The notes: a model not told the origin generated them from the sequence alone. 46,801 nucleotides of DNA from Planctomycetota bacterium (GCA_022710345.1 JAKLHB010000003.1:1-46801); one strand, 5' to 3'. Shown: positions 9,105 to 17,935, numbered from the stretch's first letter. A program made the numbers and translations.

Positions 9105-12100
9105 TCATTGGATAGAAGAAGATAGCTTTGGTTTTTGCACAGGCTCTAAGGCCAATTGATTTCTAAGAACAGCAATCGCATGATCAAGTTGTGGATCCAG
9201 TCCGATATTTTCATCTTTGGGCGATACTTCAATTTCAATGCTTGGACTTGCTCCATAATTTTCAACACCCCATCCTATGCCTGGGAAAAAAATGGGGTAT
9301 TCTGGCTGTGTGGTGATGGTGCCATCTACAAGCGAATACTGGGCTGTGATACCAATGACTCCACCCCAGGTACGTTTGCCAATCAAAGGGCCTAGGTTGA
9401 GGCGTTTGAAAGCATAGCTAAAAATGTCGCCATCTGAGGCAGTATATTGATTGCAAAGACAGGCAATAGGCCCCATGACCGTGTAATGTGGATATGGGTA
9501 AGGGTCCTGAATCCAACGAGAATTTTTATATCCCATAGGCTTTTGTAAGAGCTTCCCCAATAATAATTCAGAAACATGGCCTCCTGTGTTATATCGTACA
9601 TCTACAATCAAAGCTTCATATTGAGATTCGGCAAGGAAGTAACGATAAAATTCTCCAAAGCCATGTACGCTCATATCTGGGATATGGACATACCCTAATT
9701 TGCCTTCGCTTTTTTCATGGACATAGCGACGATTTTGTTCAACCCAAGCTCTATAACGCAGAGGATCCTCATCCTTGAGGGTCTTGACAACAACATTGCG
9801 GCTTTTTTTCTCGCCTGGTCGTTGGACTGTGAGCGTGATTTCTTGGCCTGCAAGACCAACAAGGAGCTCTCGAGGGCTTTTATCAGCTTGCACAGGGACT
9901 CCTTGAATAGCCAATAAATGATCGCCTGCTTGAATGTTAATCCCAGGTGCTAGAAGGGGTGAACATTCATTATTTTTCGCAGAATCACCGTAAATTAAAT
10001 TTTCCAAAACATAGCCTTTTTGGGATTCATGAACACGGTATCCGCAACCTAAGTATCCAATTGCATACCGAGGGCCTGCTCGATAATCGCCGCCTAATTC
10101 ATAGCAATGGGATGTGCCAAGCTCACCTTGCATTTCCCAGATCAAATCTGAAAATTCGCCGCGACTACCTACGCGATCGAGCAATGGCAAATACCTGCGA
10201 TACACCAATTCCCAATCCACTCCGCTCATATCTGGAGTCCAAAAGTGTTCGCGTTGCAACAACCAGGCTTCTCGATACATCTGCCGCCATTCTTCTTTTG
10301 GCAAGATAGAAATTTGGATTCTGCGCAGGTCAATTTCTCCATCTTCAATGGTATAGACAGGTGGAGTTTTTTCTTTTGGCTTATCGCCTGTTTTATACAC
10401 AAATAAGCGATTGGCTTGTCGGATCATTATGGTGCTTGCTTTGATGCTTAGACAATAGCTCGTGATATTTTTGATGAGTGTTTCTTCGGTGCATTTTTCC
10501 AGGTCAAAACATTTGAGGATTTCCTGTGCTTTGGGCTCTCGATCATACCATGTTTTTTCATCTGATTGGTTGCAAGGTCTGGGATGTTCTAAATACAAGA
10601 CTTTACTTTGATATACACTGAGTGAATGATATATCCCAGCTTCAATTGGAAAAGGCACAATTCTAGACTGAATACCGTCTAAGTCAATGATTACCTTAAC
10701 TTCATTATCCTTTGCTTTAGGCTTTCGTTTGGAACTTTTATCCGATGGTTTTGCTTCTGTTGCTTGCGCAGCAGTGGATGATTCTTGTGCATCATTTGGT
10801 TTTGCTGAATCCGTGCTTTCTTGCTTGGGAGCATTGGTCGTATCTTGTTTTCTTCTTGGTTTGTCTTTGTTTTTATCTTTGTCCTTATCTTTTTCATCGC
10901 CAGCAGGAGATTTAGGCTGTAAGATAAATGGAGATTGTAGATCTTTTTTGAGCATGATCGCATAGAGAAGGGTAGATTTTATAAAGCTCAGATCAAACCT
11001 TACAGAATCATACACAGGATAGAACACTCGATGGCCAATGAAAAAGATATATTTTCCATCACTGGAGAAAACAGGGCTAAAATCATGGAGCACAGGCGGA
11101 GTCAGCGGATATGATTTGCCTGTTGCAAGTTCATAGAGCTTTAGGATTGTGCATTCATGGTTGATCGCAAAATCATAGACTAGCCATTGAGCATCGGGGC
11201 TCCAACTGACTTGAGCGATCCTCCCATAAGAGCTTGTGTCTAGGACTTGGCTGGTTTCTGCTTGGCAATCCACTAAGATAAGCTGGTTTTTATGATTGGT
11301 GATCGCAACTCGTTTATCTTTCGGGCATGGGAAAATGCCTTTGACTATGCCTAATGGGATATTATGCAATAATTTGGTAGATGAAGATTCAGTAGAAATC
11401 ACAAAAAGGTGATCTTCGCCAGCGAGTTCGTCACTTGTGACAACTAAAGTTTTTCCATCATGAAGCCAAGTCGGTAAACGATATCGAACTCCATGGCTTT
11501 TGCCCCACGTTTGCACTGGCCCGGTCCAATGTGCTAAAGTAACGGGCCTGCCTCGAATCGCAAGAGCAGAATGGGTTCCTGGAGATTGAATATCATAGCC
11601 TTGGATGTACGAAGCAGCTTTGATAAATTTTCGTTGAATTTGTGTTTGCGAGCTATGATATTGAATCGCCACTTTATGGGTGTCTTGGCTTCCTTTGTCC
11701 AACGTATATAAATCTGCGGCTGTATGGTAGATCAAAGTTTGGCCATCGCTGCTGAGATTGCGTACATAAAATTCATGATGTTGCGTATGCCTGATCATAT
11801 TTTGGCCCATGAGGTCGCAAGAATAGACATTGCCAATGCCTTCATGGTCAGAGATAAAATAGATGCGGTCTTGGATCCAAAGCGGATCTGTGAGGTTGGC
11901 TTCTAGCGAGAAGAGCTTCTTGAATTCGCAATTTCCAGTGAGGTCAATCCAAATTTCACCAGTTCTGCCGCCTCGATATCGTTTCCATCGTGATGTATCG
12001 CGTGTATGTCGCCCAATCACGCATCCAGCGCTTGGGCCAAAACTCACTTGATTCGCATAGCCCACAGGCACACGAATTGGCTCGCCACCTTGTAAGTGAA

Positions 12101-12458
12101 CTTTATAAATTGAATTGAGTGGATAAAAGGGCGTTTCAAAATTCGAGGCAAAATAAATCCATTGGCTATCTGAGCTCCAAGCCAATGGCGTGCTATACGT
12201 GCCTAAAAAAGTCAGCCTGATTTGGCTGCCGCCTAAAAAAGGCATGCAATAAATCTCACGATACCCTTCTTCACTCGCTGCATACACAATCCATTCCCCA
12301 TTGGGCGAAATCTTAGGATATGAAACAGCCGCAAGATTCGCGGTCAAACGTTGGGCTAACCCACCTTGCCTTGGAACTTGCCATAAGTCATCTTCACTGA
12401 CAAACACAATGGTATCATGCCAAACATCGGGAAAACGGTAATATCCATGCTGCTCCAT
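9105..12458 (-). CDS. Tricorn protease homologue (beta-propellers, PDZ, S41-type peptidase domain).
   Basis: 1117 aa. N-terminal YRFPDVWHDTIVFVSEDDLWQV, RWKRYRGGRTGEIWID and IYFISDHEGIGNVYSCDL closely parallel Thermoplasma tricorn (HGDRIIFVCCDDLW, HWKGYRGGTRGKIWIE, IYFITDIDGFGQIYS). C-terminal S41-like GKRTWGGVIGI. Confidence 0.85.
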   Translation of the reverse strand: MEQHGYYRFPDVWHDTIVFVSEDDLWQVPRQGGLAQRLTANLAAVSYPKISPNGEWIVYAASEEGYREIYCMPFLGGSQIRLTFLGTYSTPLAWSSDSQWIYFASNFETPFYPLNSIYKVHLQGGEPIRVPVGYANQVSFGPSAGCVIGRHTRDTSRWKRYRGGRTGEIWIDLTGNCEFKKLFSLEANLTDPLWIQDRIYFISDHEGIGNVYSCDLMGQNMIRHTQHHEFYVRNLSSDGQTLIYHTAADLYTLDKGSQDTHKVAIQYHSSQTQIQRKFIKAASYIQGYDIQSPGTHSALAIRGRPVTLAHWTGPVQTWGKSHGVRYRLPTWLHDGKTLVVTSDELAGEDHLFVISTESSSTKLLHNIPLGIVKGIFPCPKDKRVAITNHKNQLILVDCQAETSQVLDTSSYGRIAQVSWSPDAQWLVYDFAINHECTILKLYELATGKSYPLTPPVLHDFSPVFSSDGKYIFFIGHRVFYPVYDSVRFDLSFIKSTLLYAIMLKKDLQSPFILQPKSPAGDEKDKDKDKNKDKPRRKQDTTNAPKQESTDSAKPNDAQESSTAAQATEAKPSDKSSKRKPKAKDNEVKVIIDLDGIQSRIVPFPIEAGIYHSLSVYQSKVLYLEHPRPCNQSDEKTWYDREPKAQEILKCFDLEKCTEETLIKNITSYCLSIKASTIMIRQANRLFVYKTGDKPKEKTPPVYTIEDGEIDLRRIQISILPKEEWRQMYREAWLLQREHFWTPDMSGVDWELVYRRYLPLLDRVGSRGEFSDLIWEMQGELGTSHCYELGGDYRAGPRYAIGYLGCGYRVHESQKGYVLENLIYGDSAKNNECSPLLAPGINIQAGDHLLAIQGVPVQADKSPRELLVGLAGQEITLTVQRPGEKKSRNVVVKTLKDEDPLRYRAWVEQNRRYVHEKSEGKLGYVHIPDMSVHGFGEFYRYFLAESQYEALIVDVRYNTGGHVSELLLGKLLQKPMGYKNSRWIQDPYPYPHYTVMGPIACLCNQYTASDGDIFSYAFKRLNLGPLIGKRTWGGVIGITAQYSLVDGTITTQPEYPIFFPGIGWGVENYGASPSIEIEVSPKDENIGLDPQLDHAIAVLRNQLALEPVQKPKLSSSIQ

Positions 12459-12494
12459 AGTGTCTCCAAAAATTCGTTAGAATCAGAAAATATC

Positions 12495-12531
12495 GGAAGA
12501 ATAAAGCCTGGGGCTTATGGCAAGCCCCAGG
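12495..12531 (-). terminator. Intrinsic terminator downstream of the NDT-like gene.
   Basis: 10-bp perfect stem cctggggctt (12507-12516) / aagccccagg (12522-12531) with a 5-nt loop. On the minus strand it is followed by CTTTATTCTTCC. It lies 20 nt after the stop at 12551. Confidence 0.55.
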
Positions 12532-12550
12532 ATAACGTTCACTCTTTTGC

Positions 12551-13465
12551 CTATGTAGTGGGCAATTCCATGCCTTTGATTTTTGCAAATTCAACGAAAA
12601 TAGGCTGCAAAACTTCAATCCATGTTTTGAGCTTTAACGCCACGGTCAAGGCTTCTTTTGTACTTGGATTGCGGGTTTCAAAAGCCATGCTTTGCAAAAT
12701 CAAATTTTTGCTTGCTCCTAGGCTAATGGGAGCAATTCCCTTCTTTTCATCTAAGAAGATCGCAACATCATAGCCTAGATACCGGCGAATTTCATCATAA
12801 GACCTTCGGATAAATGCTTTTTGTTCAGCACGTATTTGGTCATCTGCTAGCCAAACTTGAAGCTCTACTTTGCTTGGATCATCCCCACAACTGATGGTGT
12901 ATTGCAAAAAATATTTGTCTTTGAAAAAATAGATGCCGTGCCAAATGCGGTCTTCTTGGTACCCAATGGCTTCTTTGAAAAAACGATACTCAGGTCCTAC
13001 AATGATGCTCAGGCACCTTGAAATTTCAGCAAAGAAATTGCGCAGTTTCTCTCGTGTTTCTGCTTCTAATTTGGGTTTCAAAAGGTCAATTTCTTGGGAA
13101 AGCAATTGCTTAAAAGTTTCAATATCAGATTGATACAAACATGTGCGCTGCTGCTTAAAATCAAAAGGAAGGCACTGAACAGATTCGGCAAGCAGGATCA
13201 CTTCTTTGCCAATTCCATGAGCATATCCTACTTCGTATGCAACATTGGGATTGGGAATTTGCACCACTTGATCCCCTGTCAATAGCGCAATCATAAAATC
13301 GGATTGCAAGATTTCCTTGCGAATGGCAATATCAATGTTGCGCTCATAAGAAAGGTTTTTATCAACGCGGAATGTCTCTAATTCATACTTTTTGCAAATT
13401 TCCTGAATAGCTTGCCAATATAGATCAAAAGATTTGGAAAAGGGCATAGCAATAAAAACGCGCAT
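12551..13465 (-). CDS. Protein with an N-terminal nucleoside 2-deoxyribosyltransferase / DNPH1(Rcl)-like (TIR-related Rossmannoid) domain and a ~160-aa C-terminal domain of unknown function.
   Basis: VFIAMPFS...DFMIALLTGD...NPNVAYEVGYAHGIGKEVILLAE matches the NDT/deoxyribohydrolase signature (D/NxGTxxE[IL]GYAxxxGKPV). I do not recognise the C-terminal half. The gene has its own AT-rich upstream region and its own terminator. Confidence 0.55.
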   Translation of the reverse strand: MRVFIAMPFSKSFDLYWQAIQEICKKYELETFRVDKNLSYERNIDIAIRKEILQSDFMIALLTGDQVVQIPNPNVAYEVGYAHGIGKEVILLAESVQCLPFDFKQQRTCLYQSDIETFKQLLSQEIDLLKPKLEAETREKLRNFFAEISRCLSIIVGPEYRFFKEAIGYQEDRIWHGIYFFKDKYFLQYTISCGDDPSKVELQVWLADDQIRAEQKAFIRRSYDEIRRYLGYDVAIFLDEKKGIAPISLGASKNLILQSMAFETRNPSTKEALTVALKLKTWIEVLQPIFVEFAKIKGMELPTT

Positions 13466-13610
13466 AAAAATCCCTTTCTAAAAATCTTAAGTTTGATGTA
13501 AAACAATAAAATGTACATTTGACAATAAAATTTAATGTAATGATGTGAGTATCGTTACATATTTTTTATTTAGCATAGCTTAAATAGCCTACCTAAGTCT
13601 CTTGGCTCAT

Positions 13611-14750
13611 CTATTTTCCAAGAATACTTAAGACTTCTTTTGCATTTTGGTCCCAGGTATAAGGACGAGATTCAATGGTCGCTCGTGCATGCTTGCCCAA
13701 TTGGAGCACTAACTCTGGATGATGGAGCAAATGGACGACTTTTTGGGATAACGCACCCCAGTCTCCATCTGGGAATAGCATTCCATTATGACCATCTTGG
13801 ATGAGCTCTTGAATATTGGGTAAATCTGTGGCGACAATCGCTTTGCCAGCCGCCATATACTCGATCAACTTCATCGGAGAAGCGTATGGTGTCACAGCAG
13901 GCTGAAGTGCAATACTGGTTTGTAGCAATATATTCCGCACTTCTTGTCGGTCCATCGGCCCTGTGATTTTAACATATTTTTCAACATGATATTGAGCAAT
14001 GGCTGCTTCTATTTCTTTACGCACAGGGCCATCTCCGACAAGCCACAATTGGGTGCATTGCTCGAAAATGTTATGCCGCACAAAGGTATGGATCAGCTCT
14101 GGTATGCGATGCCATGTTCTAAACCAACCTACAAATGTGATGATTTTGACATCAGGCAATTTGTAGTCATTGATATATACTTGTGCAGGATATTCTTGCA
14201 AATATACGCCATTGGGAATGACAACAATTTTATCTTCGGGTGCGCCTAACTTTACCAAACTACGTTTGAGTTCATGGCTCACAGCAATGGTTTTGAATGA
14301 GTGATGGATGAGAAAATTTTCTATCCATTGGGCTAACCAATAGCAAGTTAAGTGGGAATATTGTTTTTCCTCCCATGCTAGAGGAGAATTGATTTCTAGA
14401 ATTAAAGGCAACTTACACCACCAGGCTACCACAATGCCTGCTATATTATATAAAGAGTATCGTTCGTAAATAAATTGTGGGGAATATGTTTTGACTAAAC
14501 GATAGAGCGATCGAATTTCAAAAATATTATAGATAATTTTGAATAATTCAATCATCCATTTGGGAAAATGCTGCAGCCAGCTAAATTGCGTAGTAGTATC
14601 TTTTCCTAAAGCTTCGTTTTGGACAAGAGCAGCCTTATGGACTTCCCAATCCAAACGTTCGAATGCTCGGCACATTTCATGGATATGGATTCCTTGAGCA
14701 TCTGTGGCCTTTGTAAGGTGATGGTAGATTAAAACTGGCTTCTGTTGCAT
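13611..14750 (-). CDS. Glycosyltransferase, family 4 (GT-B, glycosyl transferases group 1).
   Basis: 379 aa. The C-terminal half has the typical GT1/GT4 motif PMKLIEYMAAGKAIVATDLPNIQELIQDGHNGMLF (E-x7-E region). Confidence 0.85.
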   Translation of the reverse strand: MQQKPVLIYHHLTKATDAQGIHIHEMCRAFERLDWEVHKAALVQNEALGKDTTTQFSWLQHFPKWMIELFKIIYNIFEIRSLYRLVKTYSPQFIYERYSLYNIAGIVVAWWCKLPLILEINSPLAWEEKQYSHLTCYWLAQWIENFLIHHSFKTIAVSHELKRSLVKLGAPEDKIVVIPNGVYLQEYPAQVYINDYKLPDVKIITFVGWFRTWHRIPELIHTFVRHNIFEQCTQLWLVGDGPVRKEIEAAIAQYHVEKYVKITGPMDRQEVRNILLQTSIALQPAVTPYASPMKLIEYMAAGKAIVATDLPNIQELIQDGHNGMLFPDGDWGALSQKVVHLLHHPELVLQLGKHARATIESRPYTWDQNAKEVLSILGK

Positions 14751-14956
14751 GGACTATCCTTTGTACAACCTTTGGATAACGATCACAAAAATTTTTTCCT
14801 CTCCATTTTTTTACTTGCTTTTTATAGATTATTTGCTTATACTATTGCATAATTTGGCTAATTATACTAAATTAATCGGTTGTTAGTCTAAGAAAATTGA
14901 CAACTTAGGTTATAATTTATATTGCATTTTAGTTTTTCTCTGAAGGAAAAGTAGTA

Positions 14957-15262
14957 ATGTCCCGAGTTTGTGCAATCACAGGAAAAAGAACCACCGCTGG
15001 CCGCATGATTGCGCGACGTGGTCTTCCTAAATATAAAGGTGGTGTAGGTTTAAAAACTACTGGCATCACCCCTCGCAAATTCAAACCCAATACTCAAACC
15101 AAAAAGATTTGGGTTCCAGAACTTAAAAAATTTGTACGTATCAAATTATCAACCAAAGCACTCAAGACCATGGACCGCAACGGAGTTTATCAAGTCCTCC
15201 GCGGTGCTGGTTTAGTCAAGCCGCCTAAGGCAGCCAAAAAAGTTCAAGAAGAAAAAAAATAG
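14957..15262 (+). CDS. rpmB: 50S ribosomal protein L28 (long form with an internal insertion).
   Basis: MSRVCAITGKR...FKPN.Q.K.IWV...KF..IK.S.KALKT.D. The inserted segment IARRGLPKYKGGVGLKTTGITPRKF resembles the Chlamydia/PVC-type L28. Confidence 0.9.
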   Translation: MSRVCAITGKRTTAGRMIARRGLPKYKGGVGLKTTGITPRKFKPNTQTKKIWVPELKKFVRIKLSTKALKTMDRNGVYQVLRGAGLVKPPKAAKKVQEEKK

Positions 15263-15325
15263 TTTGTGCTGCTTAGAATACTTAATGGAGGCGGTGCTGT
15301 TTATCAAACAGAGCACCGAACATTT

Positions 15326-15586
15326 GTGAAAAAAGCAATTCATCCAGAAAGTTACCGTCCAGTGGTTTTTCAAGACACGGCTGCTGGATTTTCATTTCTT
15401 ACACGTTCAACTGTAAAAAGCAATGAAAAAGTTGTTTGGGAAGATGGAAAAGAATATCCTCTCTTTCGTTTGGAAATTTCCAGCCATTCGCATCCATTCT
15501 TCACTGGCCAACAAAAATTGGTGGACAGCGCAGGTAGAGTGGATAAATTTATCAAAAAATACGGTTGGAAGCCAACCAAATCTTAA
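15326..15586 (+). CDS. rpmE: 50S ribosomal protein L31, type B (no Cys/zinc motif).
   Basis: In-frame GTG at 15326 gives [17 protein letters not shown]...[40 protein letters not shown], the canonical L31 N-terminus and HPF(Y/F)TG motif. There is no CxxC. The upstream 20 codons of the tracked ORF (from 15266) have no L31 counterpart. Confidence 0.85.
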   Translation: MKKAIHPESYRPVVFQDTAAGFSFLTRSTVKSNEKVVWEDGKEYPLFRLEISSHSHPFFTGQQKLVDSAGRVDKFIKKYGWKPTKS

Positions 15587-15593
15587 ACATTGC

Positions 15594-15780
15594 CCATATA
15601 GCGCCAGGATATACCTGGCGCATTCTTGTTAACAGACCAGGCGAACTTGCCAGCGAATCCCTGTTCATCCATAGCGCCAGGATATACCTGGCGCATTCTT
15701 GTGAACAGACCAGGCAAACTTGCCAGCGAATCTCTGTTCATCCATAGCGCCAGGATATACCTGGCGCATTCTTGTGAACA
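15594..15780 (+). repeat. Tandem repeat of 2.5 copies of a 73-bp unit, each carrying a perfect 8-bp hairpin.
   Basis: The hairpin gcgccagg-atata-cctggcgc occurs at 15601-15621, 15674-15694 and 15747-15767 (period 73). The rest of the unit, attcttgtgaacagaccaggcaaacttgccagcgaatctctgttcatccata, is nearly identical between copies. Confidence 0.9.
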
Positions 15781-15852
15781 TTCCCATTCTTTTAACTATT
15801 GATCTGTGAAAATGTTATCGCTAGCTTGAGACATGACATCAGCGTAGCCGTA

Positions 15853-15950
15853 GGCTTGAGCCGAAGAACTCCATTCAGAATGCAACGCTTTTGTGGCGCA
15901 ACTCTGCGGCTATCAGAAAAGACCGCATTTGGCTTGAGCTGAAGACTTCG
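15853..15950 (+). repeat. Dispersed intergenic repeat, copy A (a related copy is at 17806-17882).
   Basis: ggcttgagccgaagaactccattcagaatgcaacgcttttgtggcgcaactctgcggctatcagaaaagaccgca aligns at roughly 80 percent identity by eye with 17806-17882. The head motif ggcttgagctgaagacttcg recurs at 15931-15950. Confidence 0.75.
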
Positions 15951-15968
15951 TAAAAAAGTTATAATTCT

Positions 15969-17693
15969 CTAAAGTGTATCTACTTGGGTGACACGGAGCA
16001 CTTCATCAATTGTGGTCACTCCGTCTAGCACTTTCTTGGCTCCGTCCATGCGCAATGTTTTTAGCCCTCGTTTGATCGCGTCTTGTTTGATGACGTTGGC
16101 ACTTGCGCGGCTCATGATTTGCTCTCGAATTTTTTCTGTAATCGGCAATATTTCATATAAACCAAGGCGATCTTTATATCCAGTGCGCATGCATTTTTCA
16201 CAACCACTGCCTTTAAATAAAACTCCCTTGGTGCCTAAATCACTGGGTTGAAGACCAATGGCTTGTACTTTTGAAGGACTAGGTTCATACTCAGTTTTGC
16301 AGCCTGCACAAATCTTACGGCCAAGGCGTTGCGCAATCACACAAATTAAAGAAGACGAGACAAGGAAAGGTTCAACTCCGATATCCAATAAACGGGTGAT
16401 GGCACTTGAAGAATCATTGGTGTGCAGTGTTGAAAACACCATATGTCCTGTTAAAGCCGCCTGGATAGAAATTCTTGCTGTCTCTTCATCGCGAATTTCG
16501 CCTACCATGATGATATTAGGGTCTTGGCGAAGGAGTGTGCGTAAGCCTTTTGCAAAAGTCAATCCTTTTTTCTCAGAAACTTGGATTTGGCTAATATTAT
16601 GCAGGTTATATTCAATAGGATCCTCAATGGTGATGATGTTTTTTTCAATGGAATTAAGGCGCGTGATGGCTGCATACAAAGTGGTTGATTTTCCACTACC
16701 CGTAGGACCTGTGACGAGCATAATTCCATGATTATAATGAATGAATTGTTCCACGATTTTCAGGTTTTTGCTATCTAGCCCAATTTCATCCAGTCCATAC
16801 AACCGCGCTGATTTGTCCAACAACCGCATTACAATTCTTTCTCCGTGAGATGTTGGAACCGAGGAAATACGAATGTCAACCTCAGCATCGCCCATTTTGA
16901 TGCTTTTGCGGCCATCTTGCGGCAAGCGGCGTTCTGCAATATCCATTTTGCCCATGACTTTGACTCTGTTGATCACAGCATCTTGGTAACGTTTGGGCAC
17001 AGATTGAACATCATATAAGATGCCATCAATGCGATATCGTACCTGAAGTTTCTCTTCGTAAGGTTGCAAATGAATATCGCTCACACGTTGTCGAACTGCA
17101 TCCAAGATGATATTATTAACGATACGAATGATCAAAGGTTGGTTGGGGTCATCAATAGGTTTATCTTTATCTTCTACATTGCTAGACTCTGGAGTTTCAC
17201 TTTCCTCGCCTCCAATTGCTCCATCTAGATTTTGTTTATAGGAACTGTTGATCAAAGCAACAATTTCTGCCCTAGGAGCGAGCACCATATCAACAAAACC
17301 ACCCTCCAACAAATTTGTCAAATCATCAATGGGGTGCATGAGCAAAGGAGTGCATGTTGCAATCTGATAACTAGCATCTGTTTTGCCAATGGCCATCAAG
17401 GTATATTGGCGAGAGAAATGAATGGGAACTTTTTCGCAATATTCTTCTGGAATACGAATTTTGCTGGCTTCTAGTTTCTCAAAAAATGGTAAATCTAACT
17501 CTTTGGAACAAATTTGCAAGAATTGTTTTTCGCTTAAATACCCTCTTTGTACCACAAATTGGTCCAAAGATAAATCGTTTTCTTCCACTGCTTTTAGGAT
17601 TTCATCTACTTTGCTCAAATCCAAGGCATTTTCTTCGACACATTTCATCAATAGTTCACGGTTGCTCATGTAATTCATCAAAATTCCGCACAA
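15969..17693 (-). CDS. Type II secretion / type IV pilus assembly ATPase (GspE/PilB family).
   Basis: Walker A VTGPTGSGKSTT, Asp box and Walker B IMVGEIRD, His box LTGHMVFSTLHTN. Tetracysteine CAGC...CEKC. N-terminal T2SSE_N-like helical domain. The likely start is the ATG at 17678 or 17669. Confidence 0.9.
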   Translation of the reverse strand: MCGILMNYMSNRELLMKCVEENALDLSKVDEILKAVEENDLSLDQFVVQRGYLSEKQFLQICSKELDLPFFEKLEASKIRIPEEYCEKVPIHFSRQYTLMAIGKTDASYQIATCTPLLMHPIDDLTNLLEGGFVDMVLAPRAEIVALINSSYKQNLDGAIGGEESETPESSNVEDKDKPIDDPNQPLIIRIVNNIILDAVRQRVSDIHLQPYEEKLQVRYRIDGILYDVQSVPKRYQDAVINRVKVMGKMDIAERRLPQDGRKSIKMGDAEVDIRISSVPTSHGERIVMRLLDKSARLYGLDEIGLDSKNLKIVEQFIHYNHGIMLVTGPTGSGKSTTLYAAITRLNSIEKNIITIEDPIEYNLHNISQIQVSEKKGLTFAKGLRTLLRQDPNIIMVGEIRDEETARISIQAALTGHMVFSTLHTNDSSSAITRLLDIGVEPFLVSSSLICVIAQRLGRKICAGCKTEYEPSPSKVQAIGLQPSDLGTKGVLFKGSGCEKCMRTGYKDRLGLYEILPITEKIREQIMSRASANVIKQDAIKRGLKTLRMDGAKKVLDGVTTIDEVLRVTQVDTL

Positions 17694-17805
17694 CAGTGTG
17701 CGCCTCCAAATTTTTCAGGCTTGATCTGGTAGGTTAAGCCCAATGTCTTTCATTTCAAGGTTGACGGTTCGCATCACATAGTTTAGCGCTTATCTTAACA
17801 GCATT

Positions 17806-17882
17806 GGGCTTGAGCTGAGAAACTTCGTTGAGAATGCAGCGCTTTTTTCGGCTCAGCCCTGCGGCTCTCAGAAAAGAGCGCA
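17806..17882 (+). repeat. Dispersed intergenic repeat, copy B, flanked by 19-nt direct repeats.
   Basis: gggcttgagctgagaaacttcgttgagaatgcagcgcttttttcggctcagccctgcggctctcagaaaagagcgca. It is flanked by cgcttatcttaacagcatt (17787-17805) and cgcttatcttaatggcatt (17906-17924). Confidence 0.75.
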
Positions 17883-17935
17883 ATATATTACATAAAAAGA
17901 GGTAACGCTTATCTTAATGGCATTTGAAATGCTAT

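Noticed and set aside
12417-12773. 118-aa plus-strand ORF spanning the tricorn start and the end of the NDT-like gene.
   Set aside because: It is antisense to two well-supported genes and crosses the intergenic terminator hairpin. It has no motif support.
15266-15325. N-terminal 20-codon extension of the L31 ORF ([20 protein letters not shown]).
   Set aside because: L31 proteins start at MKK.IHP. An in-frame GTG at 15326 reproduces that N-terminus, and the extension has no counterpart in the family.
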